Assembly (NCBI GenBank): GCA_905331525.1
Contig: CAJNZF010003099.1
Coordinates: forward strand, 5,453-10,544
Source: Rotaria sp.
Taxonomy: Eukaryota
DNA length: 5,092 bases
Direction of reading: 5' to 3'
Shown here: piece by piece, positions 1 through 5,092 of the stretch
How the letters are laid out: every line of letters begins with the position of its first letter
Numbering within the stretch: position 1 is the stretch's first letter
Notes under the pieces: generated by a model
What the model was told of the DNA's origin: nothing
Seen by the model: only the letters and a program-made list of their open reading frames with translations
Database searches by the model: none
Program-made: the position numbers and the translations under genes

Positions 1-57
1 TCTGGGAGGGCGCGGGGTCGGGGGGCGGGGCGGGGGGGGGGGGGGGGGGGGGGGGGG
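1..57 (+). repeat. G-rich tract ending in an uninterrupted 26-nt poly-G homopolymer (32-57)
   Basis: Direct reading: tctgggagggcgcggggtcggggggcggggc followed by 26 G. G density rises 5'->3', then composition switches abruptly to AT-rich sequence at 58. Confidence 0.95.
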
Positions 58-331
58 TATCGTTATGTCCTCAAGTCCTGTACTATAGGGTGCCTTTAGG
101 TCCTCAAGTCCTATTCTATAAGGGTACCCTTAGGTCCTCAAGTCCTATATTGTGAGGGTGCCTTTAGGACCTCAAGTCCTCTATTGGGAGAGTGCTTTTA
201 GGACCTCAAGTCCTATATTATGAGGGTACCCTTAGGTCCTCAAGTCCTATATTATACGGGTACCCTTAAGTCCTCAAGTCCTATATTGTGAGAGTGCTCT
301 TAGGTCCTCAAGTCCTATATTATGAGGACCC
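58..331. repeat. 34-bp minisatellite, about 8 tandem units, consensus approx tcctcaagtcctatattatgagggtacccttagg
   Basis: The anchor (t/a)cctcaagtcct recurs at 68, 101, 135, 169, 203, 237, 271 and 305. Spacing is 33 once and 34 thereafter. Units carry either the palindromic core agggtaccct or a diverged variant (gggtgccttt, gagtgctttt, gagtgctctt). The last unit decays after 327. Confidence 0.95.
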
Positions 332-340
332 AATTATCTT

Positions 341-371
341 CACTTTTTGTGTACTCAAAAAGTGAGTACAC
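341..371. repeat. Two interleaved perfect short inverted repeats forming mutually exclusive hairpins
   Basis: cactttttg (341-349) pairs with caaaaagtg (356-364). gtgtactc (349-356) pairs with gagtacac (364-371). The order is X-Y-X'-Y' with no linker bases. Confidence 0.85.
348..365. repeat. Left member of an 18/19-nt inverted repeat pair (partner 1060-1078)
   Basis: tgtgtactcaaaaagtga at 348-365. The reverse complement of 1060-1078 is tgtgtacctcaaaaagtga, differing by one extra base. Confidence 0.7.
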
Positions 372-746
372 TCTAGAATCGGTCAGTATGTCCGGCCGGC
401 CGTTTACACGATAACTTTTGAAAGGAGAGTCCGATTCCGATGAAATTTTCTACACAGTTTAGTCTCAACAATATCTCGGTCGAGTTCGAAGGTAAGAAGG
501 ATTGGCCGAGCCGTTCCTGAGTTATTGCAAAAATACTCATTTTCCCCTATGGCTTCCTATAGGAAAATAGACCTATCACCACATTCGTAAAACACTTTCC
601 CTATCATAGTCAAATGAAACCTCAACTATTATACACCGTTCGATAGAGAATTTCACGAGCTACAGAATAGTATATAAAACATAAAGAAGTATAACTCATC
701 TATTGCAAGGGTAATTAAACGACAATTGGTTCTGTTTGTGTTCACA

Positions 747-769
747 CTCTAATTGATCGACAATTAGAG
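747..769. repeat. Perfect 9-bp stem / 5-nt loop inverted repeat
   Basis: ctctaattg (747-755), atcga loop, caattagag (761-769). Confidence 0.8.
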
Positions 770-814
770 CTCTGTCTTTCTATCATAGAGATGACAGTTC
801 GAGGTTTTTTGGGT

Positions 815-989
815 CGAAGAACTCCAATCTGAGCTCCGTTTGCCTCGAAATCCTATTGGTTGAGCAGTAACCAATAGAAATCAAGTTATCGGAAAAACGA
901 CTTTCCTAAGGTAAATCAAGGCGAAGAGTTCAAATCTGAGCTGTATTCATCCGTAAATCCTAGTGGTTGAGCAGTAGCCAAAAAATCAA
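815..989. repeat. Degenerate direct repeat, two copies of about 70 nt (815-884 and 922-989), period 107 nt
   Basis: Shared blocks are cgaaga, aatctgagct, aaatccta, tggttgagcagta, cca and aaatcaa, about 75% identity by hand. Copy A contains a perfect 9-bp hairpin: ctattggtt (853-861) / aaccaatag (869-877). This hairpin is degraded in copy B. Confidence 0.7.
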
Positions 990-1059
990 CTATTTATAGA
1001 AAATGTTTGCCAGGATAATTTTTATGCCCACACATTCTAGGATGACTAATCAGTCTCAT

Positions 1060-1078
1060 TCACTTTTTGAGGTACACA
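1060..1078. repeat. Right member of the 18/19-nt inverted repeat pair (partner 348-365)
   Basis: tcactttttgaggtacaca. It also shares cactttttg in direct orientation with 341-349, because the left site is itself palindromic. Confidence 0.7.
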
Positions 1079-1083
1079 TAACT

Positions 1084-1101
1084 CTCGGATTTAAATCCGA
1101 G
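1084..1101. repeat. Perfect 18-bp palindrome ctcggatttaaatccgag
   Basis: The sequence is self-complementary across all 18 positions, centred on tttaaa. Confidence 0.9.
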
Positions 1102-1780
1102 GTTTCCACATTTTTTTCTATACTCTTCGTAGGTAATTAGAAATTTGTCGATCGCTCAAGGATGATGGGTTTGTCTTACATCTGATAAATATTCTATCGA
1201 AATCTTCTCAAGTTTTCGTTATGAATTCTCAAGTCTAGTTTATTCTAATACCTATGGAGAAATATATACTTAGTTACAAAGTTAGTGAAAGAAGAATCTA
1301 AATTAGTTTATTAGTATCAAATATGTATGTGATAATGAAACTTAGATTTTTAAGAAGAATCAATGAATTGATACGACAAACGAAAAATTCTAGGGAAAAA
1401 ATACCATAGATAAAACGATATCAAGTTTTTGGTATATTTTATTAAAAGAAAATATTGAACAGCAACACTATTGACGTACTTCTAAAATTTATTCATTGTT
1501 GAGACTATTTTTTTTTCTCATTCTTTAACAGTCGTCTGTCGTAAATAAAAAATAATTTATTGCTACAAAAGTTAATAGAGCAGCTAAGTTTTTATTTGAT
1601 TCCTGTAATCTTTATGACTTACGCATATTTATCATCTAGTTGTTCTTTTAAGACTTATACTGAAAACGGAATATATACTCAGCATTATATTCTTTTTATG
1701 GTATAAGAGTTAAAAAATTAATGTTTCTTCGCGTAAGAATTTCAATCGACGACGAACTCAGTAAAATAACAAGCTCTAAA

Positions 1781-1955
1781 ATGAAATCATTAATGAAACT
1801 AAGCTATTTAACATTTTTTTCAACTGATTGATTAAGATCAATCAGTGTGACGTTTCGTTCTAACTAAGAACATTATCAAACACAAATAAATAGACAGAAG
1901 AAGAATATACATAAGAGTAAAACAATGTCTTCGTTTTTCTATTCTATTGTTTTAA
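1781..1955. repeat. IR-1 left arm (continuous)
   Basis: 1872-1955 matches the reverse complement of 2005-2087, with 4 substitutions plus one 1-nt indel in 84 nt. 1784-1871 matches the reverse complement of 2399-2486, with about 7 differences in about 90 nt. Confidence 0.9.
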
Positions 1956-2004
1956 ACATTCTAGTGCAGACGGATCAATTTTATTCCCCCGTGCATTGAA
2001 ATGC

Positions 2005-2087
2005 TTAAAACAATAGAATAAAAAACGATGACATTATTTTACTCTTATATATGTTCTTCTTCTGTCTATTTATTTGTGTTTGATAAT
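2005..2087. repeat. IR-1 right arm, inner segment
   Basis: ttaaaacaatagaataaaaaacgatgacattattttactcttatatatgttcttcttctgtctatttatttgtgtttgataat is the reverse complement of 1872-1955, about 94% identity by hand. Confidence 0.9.
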
Positions 2088-2393
2088 TGTGCCGATATTG
2101 ATGACACGGCTAGATGATTCTCCTTTCTTCTCTGTCTGTTCTCTTTCCGTTGTTCTAATATATCACTCTCCTGTCTGTGCTGATATTGATGGCACGGTTC
2201 GATGATTCTCCTTCCTTCTCTATCTGTTCTCTTGCCGTTGTTCTAATATATCTCTCTCCTGTCTCTCTTCTATCTCTCTCCTATATATATGCGTATTATG
2301 TATGAAGTTGTTACACTCTGGATATGTGAAATAGCTGAATAAACATCATTGCCGAGAATGGCGAAAAGCTATTCAATCCAGTTTGTCGTTACA
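2088..2393 (+). mobile_element. 306-bp insertion splitting the IR-1 right arm; solo-LTR-like
   Basis: The left arm reads aagaacattatcaaaca with a single attat. On the right arm the corresponding ataat occurs twice (2083-2087 and 2394-2398), bracketing the extra 306 bp. The insert begins tgtgccga and ends tcgttaca, with termini matching 6/8 as an inverted repeat. Internal order is 88-bp x2 repeat, tatatatat (2282-2290), then aataaa (2338-2343). Confidence 0.4.
2089..2264 (+). repeat. 88-bp tandem duplication (2 copies) inside the insertion
   Basis: 2089-2176 versus 2177-2264 shows 8 substitutions and no indels by hand (about 91% identity). Both copies are pyrimidine-rich on the + strand. Confidence 0.9.
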
Positions 2394-2398
2394 ATAAT

Positions 2399-2490
2399 GT
2401 TCTTAGTTAGAACAAAACGTCACACTGATTGATCTTAATAAATCAGTTTAATAAATGTTAAATAGCTTAGTTTCACTAATGATTTATTAT
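2399..2490. repeat. IR-1 right arm, outer segment
   Basis: gttcttagttagaacaaaacgtcacactgattgatcttaataaatcag... is the reverse complement of about 1781-1871. Confidence 0.9.
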
Positions 2491-2935
2491 GGAATGTGGT
2501 GCTACAAAATGACAAATAAGTTCTACATTATATATTTTTTCTACGAATATCGTATTTTGTCAACTATCTCGATGGAATGTACAAGAAAGTTTTCCACAAA
2601 TACTATCCTAAGAAAAAGCAAAAATAAGCGTAGAAGGTAAGGTGAAACTAAATCCTCTACATCGTTCAATTCTGAAGTCTTCTTCTATTAGAGTTATCTG
2701 AATCTTTTTGCTCATATTTTCTAAGCTCGACCAACGGTCAATGAGAATCGTTATTCACAATTCGTATACAGTAAATATGTGAATTTCTTCATAATCTAAA
2801 TAGATTTTTAGATTAAATTCAGATATCATTCATGTATCTTATCTTTGTGTGTATTCACATCGCTCGCAGAAGTGATGTTTACTTATTGAGCGATCTTCAT
2901 CGTATGACTGAATGAATGAATGTGCTGAACGAATT

Positions 2936-3022
2936 TATTTTCTCTTTTGTTCTTCTCTGACTTTTTTCTTGTACTTCTTGACTTAAATGTTTCTTTTCTT
3001 CCCTTTGCTTTCCTATCTTTCC
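2936..3022 (+). other. Polypyrimidine-biased (C/T-rich) low-complexity tract on the + strand
   Basis: tattttctcttttgttcttctctgacttttttcttgtacttcttgactt...ttcttttcttccctttgctttcctatctttcc. Strong strand asymmetry by eye. Confidence 0.6.
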
Positions 3023-3742
3023 AATTTGATTAAGACTAACAGTCAATTACTAAGCATATAAGATCAGTTCTGTTTATGCCACATACATTTGTCGAATATA
3101 TATTCACTGAAAATATGAGTCTCTTGACTTGGCTATAGTTTCTAATTGGATTATGTAGCTCATAATTAATAATGTTGTATTGCTTGTCATAAAACGAGTT
3201 TCAATTAGCTCATATACTGATGAATTGATAATTTGTGATGAAAACTCTAATGCAGCAATTTTATGTTTGAGAATATTAGGAACTTATAATTTATCGTACG
3301 TTTCGAGCTTTGAACATAATCAAAAAATTAGGATTTCAATGTGAAAATTGAGACTTTAAATCAATAAAATCAACCTGTATTTTTTCGATATTCTAATGTT
3401 TGCACCAACACATGATTACGATTCATATGATGTCAATGTTATGCAGATTTTTACTTTAATCAAAGGAACTCTTTTTCACATAATGAAATCTACAGCGAAT
3501 ACTTTTTTTTGAATTAATTCAGTAGATCAAAAGATAAATGAAGTCCCAAAAAAAAGATTAATCTACTTTGAGCATTTACAGCTGTTTTCATTGGAAAATA
3601 TGATCATAAACATTTCTCACTATCTTTTACGAAGAATACAATGACTTATATAACCGTTTCAGAGATTATTTAATGTGAATAACGCTTGGAAAGTCTGACT
3701 AGACGTAAAAACGTCAAGAAAAGTGATGATCACGTTTTTTCT

Positions 3743-3797
3743 TGCCGTTTATCACCGTTTCCTAACAGAACGGGTGATTATGACAGTTTAAACGGCA
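3743..3797. repeat. Two-tier imperfect hairpin immediately upstream of IR-2
   Basis: Outer stem is tgccgttta (3743-3751) / taaacggca (3789-3797). Inner stem is tcaccgtt (3752-3759) / aacgggtga (3769-3777) with a 1-nt bulge. There is an asymmetric internal loop on the 3' side. Confidence 0.6.
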
Positions 3798-3823
3798 TTT
3801 CCAGCGTTTCACTTCTTCCTGGG

Positions 3824-4228
3824 TACGAGGTACATAGTAAGATGGACATTTTTCGGTATCTTTTTGATATACATATCTCATAAACAGATCATGTTAGAGA
3901 ATTGAAATTTTGGCTATGGGGAGATTTCAATGAGTACTTACTCTACTAAAAATTTCAGCTTTCTAAGCAATTCCTATCGTTCAGAAGATCTTTCACAAAA
4001 TCACGATTTTTGAAGGGACCAATCCCGCAAAATATGACATCAATAGAAGTCGAGTTGGTATAGTTTTAAAGTACATAATAAGTACTACAGAGCAATGTAA
4101 AAATTGACGTGGGATCTTATAGAATGGCCTGTGGAACCTTATTGAAAAATACCCAAAAATGACCCTGTTTCTATCGAAAATATACTTGAATTCGTTCAGA
4201 AATTCATAGAAAAGTTTCATCGTATGAA
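3824..4228. repeat. IR-2 left arm (405 nt)
   Basis: Starts tacgaggtacatagtaagatgg and ends gaaaagtttcatcgtatgaa. Carries 24 nt (3897-3920) that are absent from the right arm. Confidence 0.9.
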
Positions 4229-4259
4229 TACTACTATGACAAAATGTATTAGCTCCTAG

Positions 4260-4297
4260 GAACTGGAGACTAGTTCCAGTTCTTAGAGCCAGAACTG
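4260..4297. repeat. Three copies of a gaactg-type motif in forward/reverse/forward order, giving two alternative hairpins
   Basis: gaactgga (4260-4267) pairs with tccagttc (4275-4282). cagttct (4277-4283) pairs with agaactg (4291-4297). Confidence 0.7.
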
Positions 4298-4311
4298 TAC
4301 CTAAGAGTTGG

Positions 4312-4380
4312 GCGATGACTCATCGATGAGTCGTTAGGTTTTTAGAGTTGCTACTGATGACTCATAAGCGACTCATTGAT
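4312..4380. repeat. Cluster of four GACTCAT heptamers, including two perfect ATGACTCAT 9-mers and a 16-bp perfect palindrome
   Basis: atgactcat occurs at 4315-4323 and 4357-4365. The palindrome gactcatcgatgagtc is at 4317-4332. cgactcattgat (4369-4380) matches the reverse complement of atcgatgagtcg (4322-4333) at 11/12. Confidence 0.85.
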
Positions 4381-4465
4381 AATTTGTTTTTAACTCAATT
4401 TCCAAGAACTTTTCTACAGAATTCAGTAAAGAGTCATGTGCTGATTTATGTCGAATAGAACTTAT

Positions 4466-4846
4466 TTCATATGATGAAACTTTTCTATGAATTTTTGAAC
4501 AAATTTAAGTCTATTTTCGATTAAAAAGGGGTCATTTTTGGGTATTTTTCAATAAGTTTCCGCAGGCCATTTCACAAGATCCTACGCCAATTCTTAAATT
4601 ACTTTATAGCACTCAGTGTGCACTTTAAAACTATACCAACTCGACTTATATTGATGTCATATTTTGGAAGATTGGTTCCTTCAAAAATCGTGATTTTGTG
4701 AAAGGTCTTCTGAACGATAGGAACTACTTAGAAAGCTGAACTTTTTACTAGAGTAAGTACTCATTGAGATCTCTAACATGATCTGTTTATGAGATATGTA
4801 TATCCAAAAGATACCGAAAAATAACCATCTTACTGTGTACCTCGTA
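4466..4846. repeat. IR-2 right arm (381 nt)
   Basis: Starts ttcatatgatgaaacttttc and ends catcttactgtgtacctcgta. It is the reverse complement of the left arm. Confidence 0.9.
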
Positions 4847-5092
4847 GTATTAGTCAACTCATCAATAGTTTATCCATTTGAGCTCATTTTATTTTCGGTA
4901 ATACAGAATCATGATATCTATTTGCAGTATAAAATTTCAAATCGAACGCATGTACCCTTGATGAGATATAAATGTCACAAATAATTACAAAAATGTGCTT
5001 TTTTGACGATAATGCTCTCAGAATAATTTAAATATCTCAAGAACGAAACAATATCTTTTGAAACAGGTTGCGTCAAAATTCTTAGTACTCTT

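Larger units (their letters stand above)
1778..2490. repeat. IR-1: long nested inverted repeat (about 175-nt stem, 49-nt loop) with the right arm interrupted by about 311 bp
   Basis: Left arm 1781-1955 is the reverse complement of 2005-2087 (inner) plus 2399-2490 (outer). Loop is 1956-2004. See the arm features. Confidence 0.9.
4229..4465. other. IR-2 central spacer (237 nt), unique and richer in G+C than the arms
   Basis: No counterpart elsewhere in the window. Contains small hairpins and the GACTCAT motif cluster. Confidence 0.8.
3824..4846. repeat. IR-2: 1,023-bp long inverted repeat (foldback/MITE-like or hairpin-RNA-like locus)
   Basis: The reverse complement of 3824-4228 aligns end to end with 4466-4846. 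By hand there are about 41 substitutions (about 29 transitions, 12 transversions) plus one 24-nt indel, giving about 89% identity. Homology stops sharply at both outer ends and both inner ends. Confidence 0.9.

Noticed and set aside
1-57. Telomeric or subtelomeric G-strand
   Set aside because: There is no short periodic telomere unit, only irregular G-runs and a homopolymer. A left chromosome end read 5'->3' on the + strand should show the C-rich strand, not the G-rich strand.
58-331. CRISPR array reading of the 34-bp repeats
   Set aside because: Units are directly contiguous with no unique spacers between them. Units diverge from one another in minisatellite fashion. There are no cas genes or leader.
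341-376. Helitron 3' end (hairpin followed by CTAG)
   Set aside because: A hairpin at 341-364 and ctag at 373-376 fit superficially. However, the hairpin is AT-rich rather than GC-rich, the base after CTAG is A rather than the expected T, and no 5' TC terminus can be placed.
421-442. Shine-Dalgarno-like aaaggagag upstream of ATG(440) as a bacterial translation start
   Set aside because: The spacing is about 12 nt, longer than optimal. The ORF is only 26 codons, and nothing else in the window looks bacterial.
815-989. tRNA gene or tRNA-derived SINE (B-box-like gagttcaaatct at about 926-937)
   Set aside because: It matches only about 8/11 of the GGTTCGAANCC consensus. The flanking bases do not form a T-stem, there is no A box at the proper spacing, and no cloverleaf can be drawn. 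The first copy matches even less well.
1084-1117. Rho-independent terminator (palindrome plus T-run)
   Set aside because: The 18-bp palindrome has no loop. The T7 run (1111-1117) starts about 10 nt after the stem instead of abutting it. There is also no upstream gene to terminate.
1770-2500. Target-site duplication flanking IR-1
   Set aside because: The outer ends fray with mismatches and a 1-nt gap (aaaatg versus ataat-). The flanks ctct and ggaa do not match in any register I tried.
2455-2640. 61-aa ORF (+) as a CDS
   Set aside because: It starts inside the IR-1 outer right arm. The peptide is low-complexity (Y/F/I/K/N-rich) with a basic tail from an A-rich run. There is no start context or recognisable domain.
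3686-3883. 65-aa ORF (+) as a CDS
   Set aside because: It uses a TTG start and runs across the IR-2 boundary at 3824, from unique DNA into the repeat arm. No recognisable motif. Most simply a chance ORF.
3993-4220. 75-aa ORF on the minus strand as a CDS
   Set aside because: It lies entirely inside the IR-2 left arm. The paralogous reading frame in the right arm (ATG 4471) hits TAA at 4522-4524 after 17 codons, so the frame is not conserved between copies. The peptide is F/I/Y/K/L-rich, as expected for AT-rich chance ORFs, and I recognise no motif in it.
3824-4846. Strand-specific G:U-wobble bias in IR-2 mismatches as evidence for selection on an RNA hairpin
   Set aside because: In my hand tally, about 13 transitions would be wobble-compatible for a + strand transcript and about 16 for a - strand transcript. 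With no asymmetry, the substitutions look neutral with respect to RNA pairing. This neither supports nor excludes an hpRNA.
3822-4848. TA target-site duplication (Tc1/mariner-type) for IR-2
   Set aside because: The arms begin ta(cgagg) and end (cctcg)ta, so the TA could be a TSD or simply part of the inverted repeat. The two readings are indistinguishable here. The bases beyond it (ggg versus gta) do not match.
4796-4984. 62-aa ORF (+) as a CDS
   Set aside because: It starts inside the IR-2 right arm and reads out across the boundary at 4846. The peptide is low-complexity and hydrophobic, with no supporting signals.

Overview
I found no supportable protein-coding gene, RNA gene, CRISPR array or operon-like system in this window. 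It is AT-rich, roughly one-third G+C by eye, and dense in repeats. The longest ORF in six frames is 75 aa. All four listed ORFs are low-complexity, sit inside or across repeat arms, and look like chance ORFs. This is not what a normal prokaryotic coding region looks like. It reads like eukaryotic, invertebrate-like intergenic or transposon-derived DNA, but I cannot identify the organism.

What the sequence does show, from left to right:
- A G-rich tract ending in a 26-nt poly-G run (1-57).
- A 34-bp minisatellite of about 8 units directly abutting it (58-331).
- Interleaved short palindromes (341-371), matched by an 18/19-nt inverted copy about 700 bp away.
- A degenerate 107-bp-period direct repeat (815-989).
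- IR-1, a nested and interrupted long inverted repeat (1778-2490). Its right arm is split by a 306-bp TG...CA insertion flanked by a 5-bp ATAAT duplication, which looks like a solo LTR.
- IR-2, a 1,023-bp inverted repeat (3824-4846) with arms of about 400 bp at about 89% identity. Its 237-bp spacer carries a cluster of ATGACTCAT/GACTCAT motifs.

The most interesting hypothesis is that the two long hairpin-forming loci are hpRNA/endo-siRNA-type precursors rather than foldback or MITE-type transposon remnants. Sequence alone cannot separate these readings, and the substitution pattern I tallied does not favour RNA-structure selection. All identities and counts are hand alignments and should be treated as approximate.
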